The notes under the pieces: model-generated
What the model was told of the DNA's origin: nothing
What the model saw: the letters and a program-made list of their open reading frames with translations, nothing else
Databases searched by the model: none
DNA from: the human T2T-CHM13v2.0 reference genome, Homo sapiens
Length of the DNA: 64,000 bases
Assembly: GCF_009914755.1 (NCBI RefSeq)
Contig: NC_060938.1
Reading direction: 5' to 3' (one strand)
In this document: in pieces, positions 32,556 through 44,566 of the stretch
Layout: every line of letters begins with the position of its first letter
Numbering within the stretch: position 1 is the stretch's first letter
Program-made: the position numbers and the translations under genes

Positions 32556-35500
32556 ACTCACCCATAGTACGGATGCGCTGCAAACTGCACATGCTCGCGT
32601 CTGACAGGCGCTCGCCCTGCCGCCCGGCTTAACTCCTTGCTCGCCCGCTCGCCGGCCCGGCCCGCTGTCCCCTCCGACCCCTCTGCCTCCCGCAGCCCGG
32701 GGTCGGCCCCGCCACGGGCGCCTAGGAGCACGCCCCCTGCCAGGGCCGCGGCGCAGGTGGCTGCGGTGCAGGGCTCTTCGGCCCTCCCTGTCCTAGCCAA
32801 CCCGCCTGCATTTGAGTGTCTGTCAGGCCCGGAGCTTGTAGTTGTGGGGACCAGGCGTGCAACATCCACTGTGGGTACCATTGCAGGCCCGGGCTACCTG
32901 AGGGCCACAGACCACGTGGTGTGGCAGACCCACTATGTGCCAGCACTGTGGACCCTGCGGTCAGTTCATGGAAACAGCCATGTAAGGTCATTTGTTTATC
33001 CCCATTTCCAAGATGGAGAAACTGAGGCCTATGGAAGTTAAGGAATTTGCCTAAGGCAAGGCTTGAACTTCTAAGGCTCACGATTTGCTTTATACCATAA
33101 AGGTTACAGAGAATATGTTATTTCAGAAGTCAATCTAGATTCTTTTATTGGGAGGTGGAAAATAATGAATATCATCTGGAAACTCTGGAAATTCCACAAT
33201 ACCGAACGTAGGAAATCGGCAGCTGAGGGCCCTGACTTGAGACAGGCCCCTTGGACTGGTCCTGGGTCCTGCAGAAAGGCTGAGCAGGGAGTGGGAATGA
33301 CAGCCAGCCCCCATTCGCACGCCAAGCCTAGGTCCTGGCACTGGGTGCCTCAGCCAAGAGGAAAGGGCATTTTGAAAATTTATAACACCCTCTGGGGGTG
33401 TCCTTTTGTCACTAACCCATCCGGAGAGGGTACCCTTTCTAATTCTCTCGCAAACCCTATGCATGCCGAGGCCTGATCTGAGGGGTCTAATGGCCGCTTT
33501 TCAACCTAGCTGGAGAGGGGGGGAAATGAGGAGAGGGACAACAAGAGAGGCTGAAGCCCTTACCCCTTTTTGTAACATACCCCAGTGACAAACAGCTCTC
33601 AGAAGTCCAAGGCAGCACAGAATCTTCTAAGAAAAGGAACCTATGGTTCATCCAGCTGCTCTTGCCCCATTCTGGGCAAGAAGCTGAGCTGCTTTCCTCC
33701 TGTCTGAACCTAATACCTAACCCTAATCTGATCCTGTGTCTTCCCCTAATTGTCTGATGGGGCCGTAGGTCTTCCATCAACCTCCTGTCCCTGGCCAGAA
33801 TATTCAAAGATCAACAAAGGTGCCTCTCAAAGCTGGGAGTAGGAAATATGGACAAGGAATTTCTAAGCCCATCCCCATGTATATCGTGTTCCTGGGCTGG
33901 TCAAGCCATTTTTCTCAGAAGGAAAGCAGTGGGTTCTGATTGGGGCAGAGGGAGTCATGTTGGGTTCCTCAAACTAGTACAGGAGGTAGACAGCCACGTG
34001 CTACCAGTGGCAGGAACTCTAGACTTCCCCCTGAGTTTGTTTCCTTTTCTGTAATTTGGAGATTTGCCTCATCATAAATATAGTATAATGACCCAAGGAC
34101 ATCATGCATATAATATTCTCAGCACACAGTAGGCTTTGGATAACAGGAAAACTTGTTTTTTTGCTGGAGATAGGTCAGGGAAAAGGGAGAGAGTCAGGGC
34201 TACAGGCAGGCATGTGGGCTGTCCTAGTACACTGTCAGAGACGCAGGAGACAGTGTCTCAGGGACACGCTGGCAAGAAGCAGCTAGTCTAGCAGCAAGGC
34301 CTACCTGATGAAAAGGGCCATCCCCTGTGCCCCCTTGCCACGAAGGCATAGTACGCCTAATCTCCTTCTCTAGCTGTGGCCGGCGGCTGGCAGCTGGCTC
34401 TCCCCCAGGCTCTGGGAGGCAGCATTGCGCAGAGGAAAGCACAATGGGCTGGAAAGGCTTCGGAAGATCTGAATTCCTGGCACCTTATGCATGAGGCACG
34501 GTAGGCGCCGGGCTCAGTGCTCACAATATTTTTAGGGACCCGCAAAAATGTATGAATTTCTTTTAAACTCAGAGGCAAAAAATAAACATTGAGGTCAAAG
34601 AAAAATGTTTTAATATATAATATTAATATTTTCATCCTTTAGCAGAGAAGCTCTATTGTAGAAGCCAAGATATCAGTTAGAGAATCAGAAAGAAGGGTTA
34701 AGATCTAAGGTGCAAGGCATGGCATCATCCAGCCTCTACTTTCTCCAGCTCTCCAGTGAACTTAACTCCATGACCTGGGTTTTCCTCATTCCTTACATTA
34801 GGGATCATTTCTTCCCAAAAAAATTTAGATAGTAGTGCCTTACAATTGACATATTTTCTCTCTCTGGGTAGGACAGCTATTTTTATCTCCACTTTATAAA
34901 TGAGGAAATTAAGGCTCAGAGAGGTTGTATGGTTTGGTCAGGGTTAGAGTGCTAGTAAAGGCAAAATGCAGTTCAAACTCAGGTCTTCTGGTACCCCTTG
35001 CAAGCTCCTTTCTGTTTGCACCAAGAACATTTGACATAAGATCAGGGGTGCACAGGGTAGAGCAGTCTGCTGTAGAAATGGACTTTAAAATAGCATCTGT
35101 AACAGTAAGGGGCCCCCCTGGCTTTTCACCCAAAGAATGCTGAAACTTACATACAGAATTGTGGGAAGGGGTTGGGAGGGTGACCCTGGGTGCAGGAGGC
35201 ACAGTAATCATGGTTCTAGTGATTCAAGTACAGGGTGAAGGTGAAGGGGCCTGGAACAAACCACCCCTGCTGCACTAACACACACCAAAGGATACCAGCC
35301 CCTGCTTTGCCTTCGTGTCTTGTCAAAGCAAGAGGAGCGGTGTGGTGGTATGGGCCAGGAACAGACAGGCTTTGCTCAAGCAAACTTGGTTTTGAGTTCA
35401 GACTCTCCATCCTAGTTGGATGTCTTAAGGAAGTTCATTTAACTTTTCTCAGCCTATTTTTCTCATCTGCAAAATGGAAATGGCAATAATACCCAAGCCC

Positions 35501-36811
35501 AGGGCAGTTGTAAGAGTAAGTAGGAGAATGCATATAAGGTGCTTAGCATAGTGCCAGACACATAGTATAATACACAGGTAATAAGTGGCAGTAGCTCCAC
35601 ACTGTCATGTAAAGGCCCCGCCACGGTAGGCAGTAAATGGTAGTTCTCTTCACATCTCTCTTCCACCACCTGGCAAGGAAAAGAAGAATCTTTCAAGTAT
35701 CTTTGTATCTCTAAAGTTCCTTGAACATGTTAGGTCCTTAGACATATATTCTGAAAGGCAAGAACTGTTCTGCCCTTCCCCCAAAGGAAACCAGCCATAA
35801 AGGGTTTGCTCTTGTCCCCCATAAGTAATTTTCTTGATGACTTTCAAAGGGAATCAGAAAGATTTCTTTATGCTTGTTAGAGAGAATTGGTTCCCAGGGG
35901 CTGCCCTCTGACCACAAGTTAGGAGAGATGTGGCTCAAGAGGGTGATTCCAGTGGAGGAACTGACCTGCAGCCCGATCAGAAAGGGTCTAGGAGGGAGAC
36001 GGAGCATGGAAATGGGAGATCAAGAGAAGATCACATGAAGTCTGTTGCAGATGCTATGATAAGAAAGCAAGAAGTGAGGTAGAAGCAGAAGAAGCATTGA
36101 AGTTGAAGCCAATCTTGAATCTGGAATTATTTGGATCAGCTTTACAGGAAAACAAGCTGGGTAGGAAAGAACTGGGGGATGGGACATATGGATATGGTCT
36201 TGGTGAGAAGAGGTCAAGGTAATATGCCAGCATTTGAAAATGGGGGAGTCTCTTTGCAACTGCCCCTTCTCAAAATAGGAAGGAAAGGGGCATAAAGAGG
36301 CTAAGGAGTGTAAACTCAGATCACGTAGGATTCTTTGACTGCAAGCAATAGAAACCAACTTTAGCTATCTTAAGTCTAAAAAAGAAATTTCATTGGAAAA
36401 GAATATGATCAGATGGCTCGCATATTTAAAGGGAATGCTGGCAAAACAAGCTCGAAAGGACTAGCACAGCACAAGGCCAGTTTTGGGAATCCAGGTAATG
36501 GGAAGTAATCGAGGGTCTCCTCGGGGCTGTCCTGCCAGAGCAACTAGACGCCAATCTTTTCATCACTTCTGCTCAAGCATAAAGAGTCAAATTTGCCTAA
36601 GTTGAGTCCTGCATTCACCTTCCCTCTTGGACAGGGAAGGGTCCATCCGGATACTCTGGTGTAAGCCCTACTAGGTACTGCACATCGTGATTAGAGGCAG
36701 TGAAAGAAATAAGGGACTGTTACTACAAGAAGGGAAAGGCTGCCAAGTACCCCCCAAACAGCGAAAGTCCAGGACAAGGGGAAGCAAGCAGCATAGGGAA
36801 TTTGTACCTGA

Positions 36812-37140
<329 letters not shown>

Positions 37141-37141
37141 T

Positions 37142-38150
37142 AGACTTTATTTTTTACAGTGGTTTTAGGTTCACAGCAAAATTGAGAAGAAAGTACAGAG
37201 ATTTCCCATAGCTCCTGCCTCCACACATGCATAGACTTCCCATTATCAGAATCCCCCACCAGAGTCGTATATTTGTTACAACTGATGAAGCTGCTTTGAC
37301 ATATCATTATCACCCAAAGTCCATAGTTTACATTAGGGTTCACTCTTGGTGTTCTTTTTATGAGTTTGGATGAATGTATATTGACATGTATCCACCATTT
37401 AGTATCATATGGAATATTTTCACTGCCATAAATGTCCTCTGTGCTTTGCTAATTCATCTTTCCCTCCCCCTTAACCCCTGGCAACCACTGTTCTTTTCAC
37501 CTGCTCTACAGTTTTGCCTTTTCCAGAATGTCATATAGGTGAAATCACACCATTTAAAGCCTTTTCAAACTAACTTCTTTCATTTAGTAATATACATTTA
37601 AGTTGCCTCCATGCCATTTTATGGCTTGATAGCTTATTTCTTTTCAGCATTGAATAATATTCCATTGTCTGGATATACCACAGATTATTTACCCATCACC
37701 TACTGAAGGAAATCTTGGTTGCTTGCAAATTATGGCAATTAAGAATAAAGCTGCTATAAACTCCATGCAGGTTTTTATGTGGACATAAATTTCCAACTCC
37801 TTTGGGCGTACCACAGTTTATTTACCCATCACCTACTGAAGGAAATCTTGGTTGCTTGCAAGTTATGGCAATTAAGAATAAAGCTGCTATAAACTCCATG
37901 CAGGTTTTTGTGTGGACATAAATTTCCAACTCCTTTGGGCAAATACCAAGGAGCACAATTCCTGGATTGTGTGGTGAGAGTATGTTTAGCTTTATAAGAA
38001 ATTTCCAAACTGTCTTCCAAAGCAGATGTAGCAATTTTGCATTCCCACAAGCAATGAATGGGAGTTCCTGTTGCTTCACATCCTCATCTTGTCAGTATTT
38101 CCACATTTGGGCCATTATAATTGGTGTATAGTGTGGTATCTCATCGTTGT
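37142..38150 (-). mobile_element. L1 3' end fragment (L1MB/MC-like)
   Basis: ttttaggttcacagcaaaattgag..., ccctggcaaccactg, aataaagctgctataaac and ttgcattcccac are characteristic L1M 3' sequences. Confidence 0.85.
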
Positions 38151-39012
38151 TCTCTGTAAAGTTCTTGGCTATGAGAGAAAGTGAATGGAGAAACAGGTAA
38201 GCCTCAAGAAAGCAGCAAGAGGCTCTGAAAAGTACCAGGACAGGAAGATGTAGATTGTTGAATAATATCACTTCTTATGCTAGGGTTGGTATAGAGCTGG
38301 GTGACACATCATTATCACCCAAAGTCCATAATTTACATTTAGGTAACTTCATAAATTACATTACAAAGTCAGACTTCTGTATAGCTGTGAGCTATGCTCA
38401 GGAATGAGTGCATTGTGACAGGGGAAGCAAATGCAAAAGTTTACTAAGGATGCCCTTGAATATTTATAAAATGTCACAGAGGGATGGAAAGGGGTACCAG
38501 TGGAGGGAGAAGAGGCATTAGGCCCAGGAGAAATGATCAAGTCCTGTGGGTTTATCAGAAGATTTTGGTATCCATATGTCCATGTGGGAAAGGGGTAGGT
38601 AGGTACTTTCATAGAAGTCTTAAAATAAAGTGTCTTGCTACTTTGGGGATATTTAAAGGTCCTGTCCTCTCTTGTTTTTTCATCATCAAAAAGAAAATCC
38701 AGTGGATAAGGACTATGCAGTATTCATGAACACCTTGAGCCTGAAAATGAAGAACTCATGATTCTGTGATCATGTGAATTCATCCATAAAGCATTAAGAC
38801 ATTAATGGGTGTGCACTAAGACAGCCCTGAAAATTAGCACAGGTTGATAAGAAGAGCAGTAAATTAAGAGAGGAAAAGACCAAAGTTAAAAGAAATCAAA
38901 GTGAGAATAAGAGCACACATTGAAACCACATCACCTCATACTTTTAAGTATGGGTTTAACTGTGATCGTAAGTCTTTTAGAGGACAGAGTTGACTATGAA
39001 AGTTGGGGATTA

Positions 39013-39406
<394 letters not shown>

Positions 39407-40112
39407 TCAGCAGTCAGCCTAGATGCTGGGCAAATTTAAAAGAATTTCTGCCCTGGAGATTAAAATCCAAACTCCAAGCTGGTCACCTCTCCTCTGTGCT
39501 TCCCTTTGCCAGGATACAAGAAGCTTAGTCGTCTGAGGGGGGACAAAGGAGTATTGTTGAGGCGAGCCTGGTTATGAGAAGGCTTTGCAACTAAAAGCTC
39601 TTATGCTGCTATCTAAGCCACTCTGCCTGGGGGGACACTGTGTGCCTGTCCCAACTTCACTATATCAGTTCAAAGAGAAATTTCAGCCAGATACAGTGAT
39701 TGCAGGAGGATATCTTGGGACTTGGCAACATTAATAGGTTAAGAATTTGTATCACAGCATTCTCATCCAAGTCACAGCTAGGTCCTGGGTTGGGGTAGAC
39801 TGGGAAAATCTTTCTTTTTGTAGATCTGAGTCAAAAGGTTTCTCCCATAGGAGCCGGCTGAGAGACAGCCAAGCCTGGAGCGGGTGGTGAGGCAGTGTGC
39901 CCACTGCCTTGCAGAGGGTGGGGCAAACCCCATCTCTATTCTTTTTACCCTCCTTGTCCTGGACCTGCTAGAACCCTGCCACCTTCAGGAAAGGCTGCAG
40001 AAGCCCAAAGGGTTGATGATCCCAGAGACTCTATCTTGTCCGGGGAATTAGTTCAATTAGTCTCAGATGCCAATTAATTAACAAATGTGTATTGAGTGTC
40101 TTCTCTTGCCTA

Positions 40113-40468
<356 letters not shown>

Positions 40469-42169
40469 AGGAGTCCAGTCCTCAAAACAGTACAGTGCTA
40501 GGGAAAAAAAGTCATTCAACTTGTTATTCAATTCAACAACCATTAATGTGCCATGCACTGTGCTAAGGATTATACAGGTAGGGTTATACAGGTAGCAAAG
40601 AATGAAACCTAGGCATTTGGAAGATGAGAGCAATGCAAGATGGTCTATAACAAAGCATTACCCTGTGCTCCAAGTAATGGCTTTAGATTCTACACCTCCA
40701 CGCAGAGGAAGATGTGCGATTATTTGTGTTCTACAATGGGGCTGTTTCTGTGGCCATGCTGTATCTCTACCATGTCTTATTTGTAGGTTAAACTCTGGCT
40801 TTGGCTCAAGATTGACCAGCATTTGTAAATACACACTTCTTTTTGTTAAAAGATTCTGCCTTTCTTTCTTGCCCACAGCGTAGGTCAAGGTCTGCTTTCT
40901 CTTAGGTCCCTCAGCAAAGAACAGACGTGGGAAGGGGAAACAATATCTTTGGAGGAATTTTTTTTTTCTTCATATCCATGGGCAGTAATGTCAGGTATAG
41001 AGCTGTGACCTCTCTAGGGAATACAGTAGAGGGATATGAGGACAGGGAGGGAAGAATAGTGACACAAAGAGGGTTTCCAGTGACACAAAGCAAGAACACA
41101 GAGGGGATGAATCCTTTGTTCTGGAACTGCATGTCTGTGTTCTGAGTGGATAGGCTAAGAAAGGAACTGGCCGCTCAGAGACCCACTTTGACCTTGTAAA
41201 TGCCCTGTAGTTGTTTAATGGGAGATTAATACTCTCTCACAACCTTGGGCTTTTGATATTTATTTTTTTAATAAGTGAAATCTCATATGTTCCCCAAGTT
41301 CCCGGGCTCAATCTTCCCGCCTCAGCCTAGTGAGTAGCTGGGATTACAGATGCATGCCACCAAACCTGGCTCTGTTTTTACTGTTTACATCCAAACTCAT
41401 GTTCTAGGAAGACACTGGGCCCACTGGACTCCAATCCCTGTCGTAACTGCTAATTTTTCACCAGGCTGAATTGAGCTGGCTGGTGCCCAGAACTCTAAGA
41501 ATGCCAAAGGTCAGGTCATGAGGTCTCTGGTGCTACAATTAGGAGTGTGGACAAACATGGGTGGCTGAGGAGGAGTGAGAAGGGGTAGACAAAGGAACAC
41601 AGGCTTAGGACTTCTTCCTTGAAGTTATGCCACTCCCACCCAGAACCTCCTGCAGTCCGACCAATGGACCACACCCAGCTAGCTTCATTTTCCTTCTTTC
41701 CTCAAATGGAGAAAATGGCTGAATACATCATTTCTCTTGAAAGTTGCGAGATGGGCTTGAATTAGAAGTAGGGACCCAACTTAACTCTGTCCCCAGACTT
41801 GTGTCTGCTCCTTCAAGCCTTGGACAACCGCCAAACCACAAGAACATACTGTATAATAGGAATCCAGTAATGCTGTTGTGGTCACAGTGTAATTGCTTTG
41901 AAGAGATAATAGGGATCCAGATAATATCAAAAGATGTGAGGCCCCTCTGATCTGAACAGTGATCCCCAACTCCCCCAGGTCCCCATTGCCATATCTCTCC
42001 CCGGTATCTTAATGAAGGGAAAGGAGGCAGAACTCAAAACGTTGGCATTAAACTTGAGGAATGGGTGGTTATGGGTGCACACTCTGGCTCTTGGACTGGC
42101 AGGTTGTGGCTTTATTGAGTTAGATGTCAACTTCTCTGAATCTCGGCTTTCTACTTACTCATGAGGATC

Positions 42170-42620
42170 AATACTTTTAAAACATTTTAATAGCTTTATT
42201 AGAAAAATGATTCATACTCCTTGTAAAATGCTTACATAATATAGAAAAGAACAAAGCAGAAACTAACAACATTATATCAAATTTCTCCACTCAAAGATAG
42301 TCACTGTTAATCTCTGGGAAAAATAATTCTACCCATATTTATATACATAAATATACATATAGTTATATGTATACAGTTTTACATAAAACAAATCATATTC
42401 TACATGCTTTTCTAGACATTGCTTCACTTGACATTAAGTAATGAATATCTTTCCTTGTCAATAAATATAATTCTTCATCATACATTTTGATGGCTGCATA
42501 GTATTTCATTTTCTAGATGAATCATAATTTTAATACTTTACTTACTAGTCCTAATTGACGGACATTTCAATTGGATCCTTTTCCCCTCTTTTATTTTGCT
42601 GTTATTGCTGCTATAAATAT
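42170..42620 (-). mobile_element. Old L1 3' fragment
   Basis: T-rich segment with tggctgcatagtatttcatt and gacggacatttc. Confidence 0.55.
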
Positions 42621-43877
42621 TAGGGGCACCCCTCATTCTTCTCCTAACATAAATTGTGAGAAATAGTCACAATTGTAGCTGAAGAAAGGACGCAAGAATC
42701 ACAACATGCCATGTCAGCGAAAGGAGATTTGGAGTGGGGAAAGTCCTAGTAACATTTTAGTGATTCTTCCCTCTATAAATGGCTTCCAATCTGATGTACA
42801 TTACTGCATATGCAGTTTATTATGCTTGACGGGAAAATATATTTACAGAAAGTTACTTTGAGTATTCCAGTGGATTTATTTCAACATTAACAATTTTGCC
42901 TCCCAAAAGAACCATGATCTTCTCAGGAGTGTCTTTTGTTCCAGAGATCCTGGATTCACACAAGCATGATGCCCTGTGCCCAGGAAATTTCTACTTTCAA
43001 GATCAAACCATTCCAGAAGCCATCTGAGAGTTTCCCCAATGGCCAGTGAGGCAATGTGCAGTGTTTGGAAGAAACAGCAGCCCCGTGTCAGCCCCAGAGC
43101 AATGCCTACTGGCTTTCCATCCTAGGAATCTGCCTGCTCTGCTCCATCACCAACCTTATATATGAGACCTGTCTGTCAGCTCTACCTGATTCCTTTGTGT
43201 GGGTCCACTTTAGTAGTTCCTCTTCCGGACCTGGACTAGGAAATCCAGAACCTATAAATGCAGAATTCCTTTCTGGAAATGCGCACTCTCCATATCACCA
43301 CTCTGAAAACCCCAGAGCTCACTTCTACATAAGCAAAGCTCCTAATACAATTGGGAGTCGGTCTAGTGACAGCTCTGTATCCCATCACTTTATCTGTAGC
43401 AGAGCAAAAAGGATCCTTGACTTGCAGCTTGGACTTTGTGCAGCGGCATCTCTTCCTGTCCCCTGCCCGTGTAACATGGGTAGGTAAGATGCCTGCTTGG
43501 AATGAGTGCCAAGCTGACGGTCTTTGCATGCTGCTTTTGGTCTTGTGCTTTGCACAGTAGGAAAAGGTATGCATTGCTTGGTGCCAGATGCATGGAACTA
43601 AGAAAGGGGAGAATATTCTTTCCATCTTTTCCTAGTCTTTTATACATCTCAGTGTTCTAGCCCCCTTCCCTGAAACGACGCAAAATTGAACAGGATAAAA
43701 ATATGCATAGTTTAAAGTCTCCACTTTAAGCACAGCTTAAATCCCCATTAATCACCACATTTAGAGGTGACCAAAGCATGCAGTGTCAGATCAGAAGGGA
43801 ATGGATCTGGCCCTACACCTGACTGGGAGCCAGAATGCTGGGGCTCAGGGTCCTTGAAGAAAACAAACAAGCCATCC

Positions 43878-43896
43878 TGGCCACTAGATGGTGCTG
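43878..43896 (+). promoter_or_regulatory. CTCF motif
   Basis: TGGCCACTAGATGGTGCTG closely matches the CTCF core CCASYAGRKGGCRC (one C>T at a CpG-type position). Confidence 0.7.
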
Positions 43897-44480
43897 AGAG
43901 ATAGTCTCCAATGTGCTGGCAGTCATGTCCAGGGCTTCCATACTGAGGGCAGGTTTGTCATCAGAACTCACCCCCTTTTACAAAGAGGGGAGGGCAAAGA
44001 GAGCTTCCAGTAGGGTATGAGCCCTGACACACCATCGAAAACCCTGAGCACAACAAGGAGAAGTCCTGACCATCAAGGGAGATAATAGACCTATTGGTTC
44101 AGGCCAAGCCACTAGGGGCAGGGCAGAGGGAGCTGCAATGGCTTGGTCAGCTCATTCTATCCATGTGTTTCACTTATTTCCTTTTCTGTGAATCCCAGGG
44201 TACTTGTGGCTCACTCATTGCAACCTTTCAGCCTGGAAGGTGCCCCGCAAGGGAACCCACACATCCCTGAGCAGAGGCAAGACCTGAGTGGCTAAAGGCG
44301 TGGTCTTTAGAGTCAGGCAGGGCAGGGTTTGTGTCCTGGCTTGGCCACTTGCTTGCTATCTGAGCTTAGCCATGACACTTGGTCTTCGTGAGCCTCAGTC
44401 TATGCATCTATAAAATGGAGATAAAAATGGCTTCAGCTCCAGAGAATTGTGAGAATTAAGATGATTCCTCTGTTTCAGCT

Positions 44481-44566
44481 CGGGAGCCGGAGGTTGCAGT
44501 GAGCCGATATCGCACCATTGCACTCCAGCCTGGGCAACAAGAGTGAAACTCCATCTCAAAAAAAAA
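44481..44566 (+). mobile_element. 5'-truncated Alu inside a MIR
   Basis: TSD aagatgattcctc at 44458 and 44565. Confidence 0.85.

Larger units (their letters stand above)
31900..32900 (-). promoter_or_regulatory. TMEM229B: CpG island; TMEM229B promoter
   Basis: Dense CpG/GC block with GC boxes and minus-strand donors at 32203 and 32562. Lies ~18 kb upstream of the PLEKHH1 island, consistent with recalled gene order. Confidence 0.8.

Noticed and set aside
31554-33081. Long ORFs (224, 219, 164 aa etc.) in the TMEM229B island, including poly-Ala and poly-Pro frames
   Set aside because: CpG-island artefact, mostly with GTG/TTG starts. Only the ATG-initiated uORF was kept as a finding.
42803-42816. 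14-bp perfect palindrome actgcatatgcagt (POU-dimer-like core)
   Set aside because: About four 7-bp-arm palindromes are expected by chance in 64 kb (64000/4^7), and there is no other support.
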